Numbered from the stretch's first letter, positions 9,604 through 19,913 are shown. The stretch: 64,000 bases of DNA from Rhodothermales bacterium (GCA_022822185.1 JAJECE010000050.1:63650-127649), one strand, 5' to 3'. Notes: generated by a model from the letters alone, not told the origin. Program-made: numbers and translations.

Positions 9604-9797
9604 TGATGAACTGGGGAACGTTCCGCCTTCCAGGTCGGAGACATGCCCCTCCCAGGCACCGCCATCCGGCCTCTGGCACTACACCCAGTTGCACGGATCG
9701 AATTACTTCCGTGCAAAGGAGCCCCCTGCCACAACCGGTACTTACGGATCACGGCAGGGGGGCGCACGGATCGGGGGATTCCGTCAAGGGAACATCA
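9604..9797. ncRNA. Candidate multi-stem structured RNA (family not recognised)
   Basis: Stems TGATG/CATCA, AACTGGG/CCCAGTT, TTGCACGGA/TCCGTGCAA, CCCCCTGCC/GGCAGGGGG, ACGGA/TCCGT in a GC-rich intergenic block. Confidence 0.45.
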
Positions 9798-9799
9798 CC

Positions 9800-10993
9800 C
9801 TAATCGGAATTCATAATAAAGAGGGGAGCATCCTGGAGATCCTTGAAATTAGGACGGAGCCGCTCCACATTGTAGAATTTTTCTATATCCACCACCTTAT
9901 GCGGACCGTTGATCACCTCCATTGAAATATTCCCGTACACGCCGTTGCGGATATTCACCAAACGCCCGGAGGTACCTTTCAGAATTAAATCCAGCGCTAA
10001 ATTACCGTATGCCATCGGTACAACTGAATCCAGAGCGTCCGGGGCACCACAGCGCACCAGATAACCCAGTCTCTGGTTCACCACATTGATCCGCTTTCCC
10101 TGATTGTATTCGGGAGAACGCTGCTTCAGTTCTTCGCCAACCCGATTCCCAATTCCCCCCAGTTTTGCATGTCCATACTGATCTTTTTCAGCCCCTAGGA
10201 AAGACATCCTGTCATCCCCCTTGATCTTTGCCCCCTCAGAAACCAGCACCACCGAATAGCGGCTGGGATGTCGATTGCGATCATAGACCATAAGACTTGT
10301 TAACTGATCCATATCAAAATCCGTCTCTGGAATCACGCAGCGATCCGCTGCACCCGCCATGGCAGGCAACAATGCGGAATACCCTGCGTAGCGGCCAAAT
10401 ACTTCAATGACCAGAAAACGCTCATGCGAGCCGGCAGAGGTCCGCAGTGTGTTGGTTAACTCAATCGTCCGGGTCACGCAGGTCCCGAACCCGATACAGT
10501 AATCCGTACCGGGCACATCATTGTCCATGGTTTTGGGGATGGCAACGACCTTTACACCTTCTTTGTGTAAGCGGTAACCATAGCTAAGCGTGTCATCTCC
10601 CCCGATGGGGATGAGATAGTCAATCCCTAGGTACTCAATATTGGAGAGCACGGCAGAGGTGACATCATTAATCTCGTCTTTGAACTGATTGCGCAGATGC
10701 ACGGGTAAGGTGCTCTTCGGCAAGTGGCTTGGCCGAGTACGTGAACTGTGCAAGAAGGTCCCCCCTGTACGTGCCGCAGCATTCACAGTGGGTTCGTTGA
10801 GTTCTTCCACACTTGCCGAATTGTCCGCCTCGGGATCCTGTACAAGATCCACCAGTCCTGCCCAGCCTCGCTTGATGCCGAGCACTTTATATCCTTCACG
10901 CAGTGCGCGAACTGTAACCGCACGGATTGCCGGATTCAGCCCCGGCACATCCCCTCCCCCCGTAAGAATTCCGATTGTACCTTTGTAAGCCAT
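9800..10993 (-). CDS. pfkA: 6-phosphofructokinase, probably PPi-dependent
   Basis: 'GILTGGGDVPGLN', 'GGDD', 'PKTMDND', 'EVFGRYAG'. Confidence 0.9.
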   Translation of the reverse strand: MAYKGTIGILTGGGDVPGLNPAIRAVTVRALREGYKVLGIKRGWAGLVDLVQDPEADNSASVEELNEPTVNAAARTGGTFLHSSRTRPSHLPKSTLPVHLRNQFKDEINDVTSAVLSNIEYLGIDYLIPIGGDDTLSYGYRLHKEGVKVVAIPKTMDNDVPGTDYCIGFGTCVTRTIELTNTLRTSAGSHERFLVIEVFGRYAGYSALLPAMAGAADRCVIPETDFDMDQLTSLMVYDRNRHPSRYSVVLVSEGAKIKGDDRMSFLGAEKDQYGHAKLGGIGNRVGEELKQRSPEYNQGKRINVVNQRLGYLVRCGAPDALDSVVPMAYGNLALDLILKGTSGRLVNIRNGVYGNISMEVINGPHKVVDIEKFYNVERLRPNFKDLQDAPLFIMNSD

Positions 10994-11106
10994 GATGAAT
11001 TTCGATTTGGTGAGTGAATTTCTCCGAAAATTACGACATAGCCAGCAATCGGTTACACTGTTTACAAAATGATAATCTTGGCAAATTCGTTTTTCTCACA
11101 AGTTCG

Positions 11107-11134
11107 GGAAGATTTTCCCGGATGAATCGTCTAA
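11107..11134 (+). promoter_or_regulatory. ECF sigma-type promoter for the ECF/MacAB-like operon
   Basis: GGAAG-N16-CGTCTAA, 31 nt before the first ATG. Confidence 0.55.
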
Positions 11135-11165
11135 ATGGTCGAAGTATCTGAATATTTGCCAAGCC

Positions 11166-11588
11166 ATGCGTCCTGTATCGTACTTTCCGTGTTGTATTCT
11201 ATTTCTAAGCGGACTGCTTTTCATCCAGAACAGTTTTGCCCAGCAGGGCCCCCGCGGTCAGCGCGGCAACGTTCTGGAAGTGCAGGCCTCCATCATGGAT
11301 ACCCTGATTTCCATCCTTGACCTCACCGAAGAGCAATTGCCGGCAGTTCACGCAATCCTGCAGGCCCGGACCGACTCTTTGATGACACTTCGGCCGGAAT
11401 CTGGCAGGGGGCGCGGACAGTTTGAGGCCATCCGGGCCAAACGCCAAGCTATTGATCAGGAAACCGAAACCGCACTTGCAGCACTTCTGACCCCCGAGCA
11501 AATGACCTCGTACCGAACATTTATGGATCATCAGTTCAGAGCACGAAGACAGCAGATGCGACGCTGGAATCAACAGAACCTTCTATGA
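11166..11588 (+). CDS. Periplasmic Spy/CpxP-like helical protein
   Basis: Signal peptide; LTxxQ motifs ('LDLTEEQ', 'LLTPEQ'). Confidence 0.65.
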   Translation: MRPVSYFPCCILFLSGLLFIQNSFAQQGPRGQRGNVLEVQASIMDTLISILDLTEEQLPAVHAILQARTDSLMTLRPESGRGRGQFEAIRAKRQAIDQETETALAALLTPEQMTSYRTFMDHQFRARRQQMRRWNQQNLL

Positions 11589-11694
11589 TTCCCGGCAATG
11601 GATCACGGATCAGGACATGTTACCGCTAAAAAGATGATCCCTAAGACGGTCATGCCCCGTAATAACGTGAACTGTAGCGCTGATCTGTGAAAAA

Positions 11695-12261
11695 GTGAAC
11701 CCCATTCCTTCGGATGAAATCCTGCTTGATCGTGCACGAAACGGAGATCAGAATGCATTTCGAGAGATCTTGGAACGGCATCAACCTGCCGTGGCACGTA
11801 CCGTTGCGGGGATGTTGGGTAATCCATCTGAAGTGGATGATGTGGTGCAAGTGGTCTTCATCCGATTTTATAAGGCAATGGACCGATTTCGCGGAGATGC
11901 TTCCTGCAGTACATACCTCACAAGGATTGCAATTAATGCATCCCTTGATGTTCTTCGACGAAGAAAAAAACTCCGTTCACGATTTATCAGCCGGGATAAT
12001 GCAGACAAAGCGCTGTCCGAACCGGGGGCTGATGATCCCGAATCAGAACGTTTTGACCAGATAAAACTCATTAACTCCGCGATGAATCAACTCAAACCCA
12101 AGCACCGCGCTGTCGTTGTACTTCGGCTGATTGATGGCTGCTCGGTCATTGAGACGGCTGAACTACTCGGGATTGCCCAGGGAACCGTAATGTCCAGACT
12201 GAGCCGTGCAACTGCGCATCTGCGCCAGATTCTAGGCCCGATCCTTGAAAAAGAACGTTAG
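11695..12261 (+). CDS. ECF RNA polymerase sigma factor
   Basis: Region 2 'DDVVQVVFIRFY...FRGDASCSTYLTRIAIN'; region 4 'ETAELLGIAQGTVMSRLSRA'. Confidence 0.92.
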   Translation: MNPIPSDEILLDRARNGDQNAFREILERHQPAVARTVAGMLGNPSEVDDVVQVVFIRFYKAMDRFRGDASCSTYLTRIAINASLDVLRRRKKLRSRFISRDNADKALSEPGADDPESERFDQIKLINSAMNQLKPKHRAVVVLRLIDGCSVIETAELLGIAQGTVMSRLSRATAHLRQILGPILEKER

Positions 12262-12291
12262 CATAAAAAACCCCATTGAATCAGATTTATC

Positions 12292-12636
12292 ATGACACCC
12301 TTAGGAGATTCCCGTTTGCCGTCCCTGCTCCAGGAAGCGGCACAAATGAATGCCGACTCTGGCATGAAGCCTTTCCTCGCTGACCGAATTATGCGGAGAG
12401 TGCGGAGTATCCATTCTCGGGAAGAGCAGTTTTTTCAAGCAATTTGGCTCGTGTTCAAGCCGGTTATCCTTGCAAGTGCACTCTTTATTCTGGGGGTTCT
12501 GTCTTATAATGCACTGGTCAGCCGCAACTATGAGATCCGGCCCACAACAACAGAGATGGTCTTTGGACTGCAGCCTCTGACCCTTACAACTGCCTACTCT
12601 GCAGATTTAGATGAACTATCGTCAACAATTCCATGA
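12292..12636 (+). CDS. Putative single-TM anti-sigma factor
   Basis: Directly follows the ECF sigma gene; 'PFLADRIM' then one TM helix. Confidence 0.55.
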   Translation: MTPLGDSRLPSLLQEAAQMNADSGMKPFLADRIMRRVRSIHSREEQFFQAIWLVFKPVILASALFILGVLSYNALVSRNYEIRPTTTEMVFGLQPLTLTTAYSADLDELSSTIP

Positions 12637-13073
12637 GTACCCGTGTTAAATCGCTGATCCTCCTTGGATGTACCCTGATCGCTGGAATTGCCATTGGCAT
12701 TCTGGGAACCGGTGCATGGCAACATCGCCGAAATGTTACATTATCGGAAACACGAGTTCAAGGTGGCCTTACCCGCCATATTGAACGAATCATTCACTTT
12801 GAAAATGAAGACCAGCGCAGTGAAGTCCGAGCCATTGTACACCGTGCGGAACAATCCTTTATGCAGCAGCGCCGAAGCATGTCTGACAGCCTAGCCGTTC
12901 ACCGCCAGATTCTGGTTGCGGATCTGCAGCAGGCGCTCACACCCGAGCAGTGGCAGCAACTTGAAATCTGGCTGGATCGAAAACCGCGGTATCGAAAAAA
13001 ACACCGTGGGCGTTCATCTGGACAGTACCGCTCATCTCGGAACGATTCTTCAAATCATAAACCCGCTTATTAG
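12633..13073 (+). CDS. Membrane-anchored periplasmic helical protein (LTxxQ type)
   Basis: N-terminal TM, 'LTPEQ'; ATGA-coupled to the upstream gene. Confidence 0.6.
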   Translation: MSTRVKSLILLGCTLIAGIAIGILGTGAWQHRRNVTLSETRVQGGLTRHIERIIHFENEDQRSEVRAIVHRAEQSFMQQRRSMSDSLAVHRQILVADLQQALTPEQWQQLEIWLDRKPRYRKKHRGRSSGQYRSSRNDSSNHKPAY

Positions 13074-13083
13074 TCTATCTCTG

Positions 13084-14346
13084 ATGCGACTCTCTATTAT
13101 CGTAACCGCAATCGTGATTACCGGTGCCTCTTTGTGGTATTTCAATCGGGGATCCGCCGAGCCTGTCAGCCCCTATCGGTTCGTAACTCTGGAAGAAGGA
13201 GACCTTGAAGCCGTTGTGGCAAGTACCGGTGCACTGGATGCGGTAACCACGGTCCAGGTCGGCACTCAGGTTTCCGGAATTATTGCCAGTATTTATGTTG
13301 ACTTCAACGACCGTGTACGTGCGGGACAGGTGATTGCCCGGATTGACACCACACTCCTGTGGAGTGCAGTACGTGATGCAGAGTCCAATCTGGAACGTAA
13401 TCAGGCACAACTCCGACAGGCCCAGCGGGAACTCGAGCGGCTAGTCCCCCTGTTTGAGCAACAGTTCGTGACCGACATCGACTACTCGCGGGCGCAATAC
13501 GACCTTGACATTGCCGAGGCCGCAACCAAAAGCGCGGAAATCAGCCTGGACCGTGCCCGCCAAAATCTGAGTTATGCGACGATTATTGCTCCGATTTCCG
13601 GGACGGTCATTGAACGGAATGTGGATGTTGGCCAGACGGTCGCAGCGAGTTTTTCTGCACCGCAGCTATTCCTGATTGCGGACGACCTCTCCCATATGGA
13701 AATCCTTGCCTCGGTAGATGAGAGTGATATTGGGCAGATCCAGGAGGGACAATCTGCCCGATTTACCGTGCAGGCCTATCCTGAAGAAACCTTCACCGGA
13801 CTGGTCCGACAGGTGCGCCTTCAGTCAACCGTTGAGGAAAATGTGGTGAATTACACCGTTGTCGTTGATGTTGAAAATCCTGATGGACGTCTTTTGCCCG
13901 GCATGACCGCCACCGTTGATTTTTTAATTGAATCGGCGACGAATGTGCTCAAGCTCCCCAATGCTGCACTGCGTTTTCGGGCAACTCCGCAAATGTTTGA
14001 GGTAATCCGTGCACGCAGGGAAGCCGCGGGAAGCACGCCTGGAGGAAATGCAAACCAAGGCAGCGGGGGCCGATCTGGCAATGGTGGCACATGGAGCGGC
14101 GGCGGAGCAGGCGGCTTCGGCGGCAGAGCAAATAACTTTGCTATGATCTGGTATCTAGATGAAAATAACGAGCTGACGGTCATTCCGGCGCAAACCGGCA
14201 TCACCGATGGGCAGATGACGGAAGTAACCAGTTCACGCCTTCAACCTGGCCTGCAGATCATTGCGGGAGTCACCCAACAGGATGATGAAGACTCAAATAA
14301 CCCATTTCAGCGCACCCAGAGACGTTTTCGTCCAGGAGGATTTTAG
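13084..14346 (+). CDS. MacA-like periplasmic adaptor (membrane fusion protein)
   Basis: 'VQVGTQVSG', 'IIAPISGTVIERNVDVGQTVAAS', 'LLPGMTA'. Confidence 0.9.
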   Translation: MRLSIIVTAIVITGASLWYFNRGSAEPVSPYRFVTLEEGDLEAVVASTGALDAVTTVQVGTQVSGIIASIYVDFNDRVRAGQVIARIDTTLLWSAVRDAESNLERNQAQLRQAQRELERLVPLFEQQFVTDIDYSRAQYDLDIAEAATKSAEISLDRARQNLSYATIIAPISGTVIERNVDVGQTVAASFSAPQLFLIADDLSHMEILASVDESDIGQIQEGQSARFTVQAYPEETFTGLVRQVRLQSTVEENVVNYTVVVDVENPDGRLLPGMTATVDFLIESATNVLKLPNAALRFRATPQMFEVIRARREAAGSTPGGNANQGSGGRSGNGGTWSGGGAGGFGGRANNFAMIWYLDENNELTVIPAQTGITDGQMTEVTSSRLQPGLQIIAGVTQQDDEDSNNPFQRTQRRFRPGGF

Positions 14347-14351
14347 TCTAC

Positions 14352-15077
14352 ATGGAACGCGAACCAGTGATGCAAACACAGGGATTGACCAAGGTTTATA
14401 CCATGGGCAAGACCGAGGTACATGCTCTCCAGGGGGTTGACCTAACCGTCGAACGAGGGGAGATGATTGCCATTGTAGGAGCTTCCGGCTCAGGGAAGTC
14501 CACCTTGATGAATATTATTGGCTGCCTGGATTATCCTACATCAGGAACCTACTTTCTGGATGATGTGCATGTAGAAAACCTGTCCCGCAACCAGTTGGCC
14601 GATATTCGCAACCGTAAGATTGGCTTTGTATTCCAGGGGTTTAATCTACTTGCCCGAACGACTGCCCTTGAAAATGTTGAATTACCGCTACTCTATGACC
14701 GGTCCCGGCGTAAACTTCAAATCCGAAAAGCAGCCCGGGAAGCGCTCGAACGGGTTGGGCTTGGTGACCGTATGGACCATGAACCGAATGAACTCTCCGG
14801 CGGCCAGCAGCAGCGTGTCGCCATTGCACGTGCTCTGGTGACGAATCCATCCATCCTGCTGGCAGATGAGCCGACTGGAAATCTGGACAGTCAGACCTCC
14901 ATCGAAGTTCTTACGCTTTTCCAGGAACTTCACGATCAGGGCATGACGGTCCTGCTCATCACGCACGAGTCCGATGTGGCAAATTGTACGCAACGTATCA
15001 TTGAGTTGCGGGATGGGAAGATCATTCAGGATCAGCACATTCAGGCGGTCAAAGCTCAGGAGATGGCTGTCGCATAG
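14352..15077 (+). CDS. MacB/LolD-like ABC transporter ATP-binding protein
   Basis: Walker [26 protein letters not shown]. Confidence 0.95.
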   Translation: MEREPVMQTQGLTKVYTMGKTEVHALQGVDLTVERGEMIAIVGASGSGKSTLMNIIGCLDYPTSGTYFLDDVHVENLSRNQLADIRNRKIGFVFQGFNLLARTTALENVELPLLYDRSRRKLQIRKAAREALERVGLGDRMDHEPNELSGGQQQRVAIARALVTNPSILLADEPTGNLDSQTSIEVLTLFQELHDQGMTVLLITHESDVANCTQRIIELRDGKIIQDQHIQAVKAQEMAVA

Positions 15078-15110
15078 ACACTGAACCAGCATTTAGATCG
15101 AACGAAATCC

Positions 15111-16328
15111 ATGAAAGCTTCAAGACTCATCAAGGTCGCCTCTGCAAGCATCTTGAAAAACAAAATGCGCACCCTCCTGACCATGTTGGGAATCGTGATT
15201 GGGGTTGGTGCGGTCATTGTGATGGTGGCCATCGGACAGGGTGCACAGTCACAGATCCAGGAGCAAATCAATACACTGGGAACCAATATGATCGTCATCA
15301 CCCCGGGAGCCAGCAGCCAGGGCGGGGTGAGCCGGGGGGCACAAAGTTATAATCGTCTCACGGTCAAAGATTTTGAGAAAATTAAACGGGAGAGCCTGAT
15401 CGTGTCTGCGGTATCCCCGGTGGTGTTTAGTCGAACGCAGGTGATTGGAGGTCAGGGAAACTGGCGTACGACCATTAACGGGGTCTCTACCGATTACCAG
15501 ATCATTCGGAACTGGGATCTCAAGTATGGCCGGTTCTTTGATCAAAGTGAACAGCGCCAGATGCGGCGGGTTATCGTGCTAGGACATACGGTAGCTGAAA
15601 ACCTCTTTCCCGGAGAAGATCCGGTCGGACTGACCGTGCAGGTACGGAACGTTCCCGTACAGATCATTGGCGTTCTTGAGCCGAAGGGGCAAACCGCCAG
15701 TGGTACGGATCAGGACGATGTGATTTTTGCTCCCCACACAACCGTTCAGACACGGCTCAGTGGATGGAGTCGGATATTTCAGATTTTAGCGAGTACGCCT
15801 TCGTCGCGTGACATCCCCGCCGCACAGGAGGAAATTCGGGCCATTATGCGAGAGTCTCACGGCTTGGCAGAGTTTGCCGATGATGACTTTACGGTACGCA
15901 ACCAGAATGATCTCGCTGCCGCGGAACAGGGAACCACCGAAGTCATGACCATGCTGCTGGCTGCAATTGCCTCCATCTCCCTCCTCGTTGGGGGAATTGG
16001 AATCATGAATATTATGCTCGTATCGGTGACCGAGCGTACGCGAGAGATCGGGATCCGTATGGCGATTGGTGCTCGCGGACGGGATGTGCTGACTCAATTC
16101 CTGGTTGAGAGCATCGTTATGAGCGTATTGGGGGGCGCAATCGGGGTCGGGCTTGGGTTTGCGGGCTCCAGTATATTGAGCCAACTGACGGGTTGGAACA
16201 CGGTCACCTCACCCGCCACCATCATGATTGCGCTGGCATTCTCTGCAGGTGTCGGGATTTTCTTCGGCTTTTACCCTGCACGTAAAGCCTCCGCACTGAA
16301 CCCAATTGAGGCACTCCGCCACGAATAA
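15111..16328 (+). CDS. MacB/FtsX-like ABC transporter permease
   Basis: 'RTLLTMLGIVIGV', 'GGIGIMNIMLVSVTERTREIGIR', 'PIEALRHE'. Confidence 0.95.
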   Translation: MKASRLIKVASASILKNKMRTLLTMLGIVIGVGAVIVMVAIGQGAQSQIQEQINTLGTNMIVITPGASSQGGVSRGAQSYNRLTVKDFEKIKRESLIVSAVSPVVFSRTQVIGGQGNWRTTINGVSTDYQIIRNWDLKYGRFFDQSEQRQMRRVIVLGHTVAENLFPGEDPVGLTVQVRNVPVQIIGVLEPKGQTASGTDQDDVIFAPHTTVQTRLSGWSRIFQILASTPSSRDIPAAQEEIRAIMRESHGLAEFADDDFTVRNQNDLAAAEQGTTEVMTMLLAAIASISLLVGGIGIMNIMLVSVTERTREIGIRMAIGARGRDVLTQFLVESIVMSVLGGAIGVGLGFAGSSILSQLTGWNTVTSPATIMIALAFSAGVGIFFGFYPARKASALNPIEALRHE

Positions 16329-16439
16329 ACGCGTCACCTCCCCTTGTTCTATCTCAAGGAGAGCGATTCATTACACCCGGACGCAACCCCCCAGAGTGAC
16401 AGGGAGAGTCTCTCATGTACGGGAGAAGACCCCAAAAGC

Positions 16440-16485
16440 AAAAAAAGACTGCGGTGGAGGGCAGATATTGCACCCCCAACGCAGG
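16440..16485 (-). terminator. Putative intrinsic terminator downstream of the HC1-like gene
   Basis: Imperfect CTGCG..G-rich / C-rich..CGCAG stem followed by a T-run on the minus strand. Confidence 0.4.
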
Positions 16486-16553
16486 CACTACGGAAGATTG
16501 AACCGTTCGTTTCCCGAATCGGATAAAGCACCCATCGGGAGACCTTCTGTCCT

Positions 16554-16739
16554 TTAACCCGACTTTCTACTGTTCCTTTCCTCCTGCACTTCCTTGCGGA
16601 TCACATTGGCAAGATTCCGCAAGTCCAACATAGCTCTGCGAATACGTGCACCCGCAGCATCTACATTTTTGTCGTGGAACTTATTGAAATCAGACTCAAG
16701 GTCATCAACAATTGACTTAAGTTCACTGTATCTGCTCAT
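16554..16739 (-). CDS. Histone H1-like (HC1-type) small DNA-binding protein
   Basis: 'DFNKFHDKNVDAAGARIRRAMLDLRNLA..IRKEV' matches the HC1 N-terminal helical pattern; start MSRY at 16739. Confidence 0.75.
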   Translation of the reverse strand: MSRYSELKSIVDDLESDFNKFHDKNVDAAGARIRRAMLDLRNLANVIRKEVQEERNSRKSG

Positions 16740-17122
16740 TGTAATTTGCTTGCTAAGCGTTTGGTTGTAAAAGTTTGTGTGATTAGGATTGAGTACCCGA
16801 ATAAGACCAGTCAATTTAGACTGGCCCATTCAAAATTCCCGTTGAAACCGCCAATATACACAATTTGTTCAGATATACGGTGCAATTTCGAGTATTTATC
16901 TCTTATTTTTGCGTCTCTGCCATAAATTCAGCGCGAAATCGGGGAAATTTCCACTGAAACAAGCGCCCGAGGGAATGCAATCCACAGTTGGCATGCATCT
17001 TTACGAGGATGTAGCACTCAGGTATGACAGATGCATGGTGTCATTTACAACGGAACGCCCGCGCTTCCTGGGGGATTCTCCAATCTCACTAGCTGCATTG
17101 GGCGCTTCCTATGCCTTTTTCA

Positions 17123-18330
17123 TTACCTGCTTGATTTTCGCTGATTGCATTTGCTGCAGAGTACCTGACAGTTTTCTATCACGGTACGCCCCCTTTTACC
17201 CAGGGTTCAATGTGATCCGCCTGAGCATCCTCCCAGGGCATCTCATCTTCCTGTGGATCAATGCATGCAAAATCGTGGAGCGGTTGTATCTGATACGCAC
17301 ACAATTTGCCCTGCTGTTGCCAGACTGTCTCCCGCGTTTCCTCATCAAAAAATCTCGGTTCGAGGATCTGCGGATTCCTCTCCCCTTCTAGGATATATTG
17401 GTAGATCTGTCCTTTCTTTTTGAGTTCGGGGTAGTCTAGCATCTCCTGTGCACGCGCATGTGTGTGCTCGGTATCATACTGCTGCTCTCTGTAGTTTGCA
17501 TAGCGCATCCCCCAGTTGGGCTGCCCCATGATAGTACGCAGTCTGCTCGCATCTGATTTTTTTTTGCGTTGAGCAGATGCCACATTAAAAAGAGAAGCAA
17601 CCCATGTATGTACCTGCAGATAGTAGTCCCAGAGATCTTCGGCATTCTCTCTGTTACGCTTACACTGCATATAGGTGAGTATCTCCCTGTCATCCTTCGT
17701 CCCCAAACGCCAACGCAGAATCCGTTCAAGGTGCTGCTGGCGTTTTCTCTGACCATCCAGTAGGTCATTGCACAGAATCGTCTGTCCGGCTGTTGTTGAT
17801 GAGAAGTATGTTTTTGCTGAAGCGACCCAGGGACCGTCGCAAAGAGCATTCCGCACTTCCTGATTGGTTAGCTCCGCCGCCCCCTTATTGATGATCTTGA
17901 ACCACATCATGTAATCGTCTCCCGATCCCTCCTCGCAAAAACACACCAGGATTGCATAATCCATGAAGCGTGCATGCATTTTGTCATTGACCTCAACCTG
18001 ATCATAGATGTATGACTCTCCGTCTAGATCAACTGCAAAGGCACTGTCTTTGACAAAGTCGCAAATTGTTCGGAGGCGCTGCTGCCCGTCAAGTACGCTG
18101 TAAAAACCGGGGGTCTCTTCGGCGAAATATATCAAGTTGATCGGATGTCCGCGATACACTGACTGGATCAGAGGAACCTGCCATTTGGCATCCCCTGATC
18201 GGATGTGCTCACGCTGGCAGGAGGGCGTAATGTTCAACTTTTCGCCTCAACCGATTACGCTGTCGTCCTCTCGAACCTGATAGCCGTCAACGATCTCACT
18301 GATCTTGATCTGCTCTACATGTATTTTCAT
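17123..18330 (-). pseudogene. DUF262 + HNH endonuclease, disrupted by an in-frame TGA (18247-18249) and a frameshift in a G5 run (17189-17193)
   Basis: MKIHVEQIKISEIVDGY..VIG*GEKLNITP.CQRE, DGQQR, 'FKIINKG..LTNQE'; HNH 'ADHIEPWVKGG' continues in another frame as 'RTVIENCQVLCSKCNQRKS'. Confidence 0.85.
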
Positions 18331-18334
18331 TGAT

Positions 18335-19327
18335 CTATCTTTTGTGACGGATTAAGATACGGGCGTATTTCTTCTTTCCGTTTATGTAGGGGTACCCAAA
18401 ATTAAACTCCGTGATCTTGGTGGTGGCCATCTGCCCCAATATCTCGAATTGTTCCGGGTTGTACTTATCCAGGAAGGTAATTGGCACCCCCATCGCACCA
18501 TCGTAGTCACGCGGGATTTCGACGGTCTTACGCATCTCAATGGCATTATAGTTATCGTAGTGCGGATACTCCTCAAGGCTGTAGTCTTTGTACAGCACCA
18601 TTTTTCTGTTGCGCTTCGCATGAGGAAGATTCGTAAACCAGATGCTTTGTGATCTTCCCTTAACAGTGCCGTCAACTATCTTGTAAGCACTGCCTTCTTT
18701 TCTGGTTGCGATTAATTCATCAGCATAATTCTGGGGTACATCAAATAGGAGGTCTCTGCTCATGGGCGTATTCCCCACCCACAATCTACCGTCTCTAATC
18801 AGCGGAAATATCTCTTTATAGGTAATGGCATTTTTGTTGCCAATAATCAGAAATTGCTTCTCATGCCTCATTAGTTGGGCAACATACCCGCGAAAGAGTG
18901 AGAACGGTGGGTTCGTGCATACGATGTCGAACTGCTTTAGCAGTTCAATACATTCCGCACTCCTGAAGTCCCCGTCTCCCCGCAGCAGGGTCACATCAAT
19001 TTCGTGCCGGTCTGCTCGTTTGTTGCCATCGCGATCACCTGTGTACTCCATCATAACCGCCCGCTCAGAGTTATGCTGACTGAACAGATCCATGTTCTGG
19101 TTTTTATAGCATGTGTCGATGAGCCTCTTCAGCCCTAACGACTCGAAATTATCACTGAAGTACTTCCAGAAATTGGATACCCGTAGATCATCACAGTTGC
19201 AGTAGACCGTCTTGCCCGTGAAGTGATCTCGGTAGTGTCTGACTTCGTTTTCGATGTCCCTGCGCTGCGTATAGAACTCATCATTCTTTGCCCGCTTCGC
19301 AGCGTTGACGTTTTGGTTCTGTGCCAT
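18335..19327 (-). CDS. EcoRI-family adenine-specific DNA methyltransferase
   Basis: 'AKNDEFYT', 'VYCNCDD', 'GDGDFRSAEC', catalytic 'TNPPFSLFR', 'MGVPITFLDKYNPEQF'. Confidence 0.9.
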   Translation of the reverse strand: MAQNQNVNAAKRAKNDEFYTQRRDIENEVRHYRDHFTGKTVYCNCDDLRVSNFWKYFSDNFESLGLKRLIDTCYKNQNMDLFSQHNSERAVMMEYTGDRDGNKRADRHEIDVTLLRGDGDFRSAECIELLKQFDIVCTNPPFSLFRGYVAQLMRHEKQFLIIGNKNAITYKEIFPLIRDGRLWVGNTPMSRDLLFDVPQNYADELIATRKEGSAYKIVDGTVKGRSQSIWFTNLPHAKRNRKMVLYKDYSLEEYPHYDNYNAIEMRKTVEIPRDYDGAMGVPITFLDKYNPEQFEILGQMATTKITEFNFGYPYINGKKKYARILIRHKR

Positions 19328-19913
19328 CCTACTTGGTAATCACTCACATACGTGCAACTTATTCAGCCCCTCGGTCAGCCGATTATAGATCAGACGTTTG
19401 CCTGTAAATCCCATGACCGTCTGCTTCATTTGATCCTGTGTGTGTTCAGACTCCGAACGTTGTGTCGGCCTGCGAACTCATATCCATTTGTAAAGATCCC
19501 AATAATCCTCATTCGTTCAACCCGTTTACCGCATATATCACCGGACCTGCATATGCATCCCTGCTCACAAATACCACACCGAATTTGAGAAGCATATTCC
19601 ACTGCTAAGTCAGACCTGTACCGGTTTCCATGCTTTCACCATCCTAACATGCACTTGCCTCTGCGTAGAGACCTATTCCGGCTGTGATCTGGGCCGTTAC
19701 TTCCAAGCCTTCACGGATCTGGCAGGCTGATGTAGCGATGTCACGCGCTTCAATCTCTGCATCCATTACCAGAATATTGCGATGTCAGTTGAGTCTGCTG
19801 ACATCGCTGAAGATCTGCGTTCCCGTCTTTGCCAGAACAAGATGTTAGATACCCTCCGGCTTCATCTACAATTGACGCTGACCTTATTCAGTATTTGACA
19901 CGAGACAACTTGT

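Noticed and set aside
14030-14135. Gly-rich low-complexity stretch in the MacA-like gene
   Set aside because: Common flexible insert in Bacteroidota membrane fusion proteins; not a DNA repeat
18247-18249. In-frame TGA as selenocysteine or recoded Trp
   Set aside because: TGA is a normal stop for many genes here, no SECIS-like hairpin is evident, and the gene has a second independent lesion
19350-19900. Possible gene remnant between the MTase and the TonB array
   Set aside because: Short open stretches with no recognisable motif; cannot be supported
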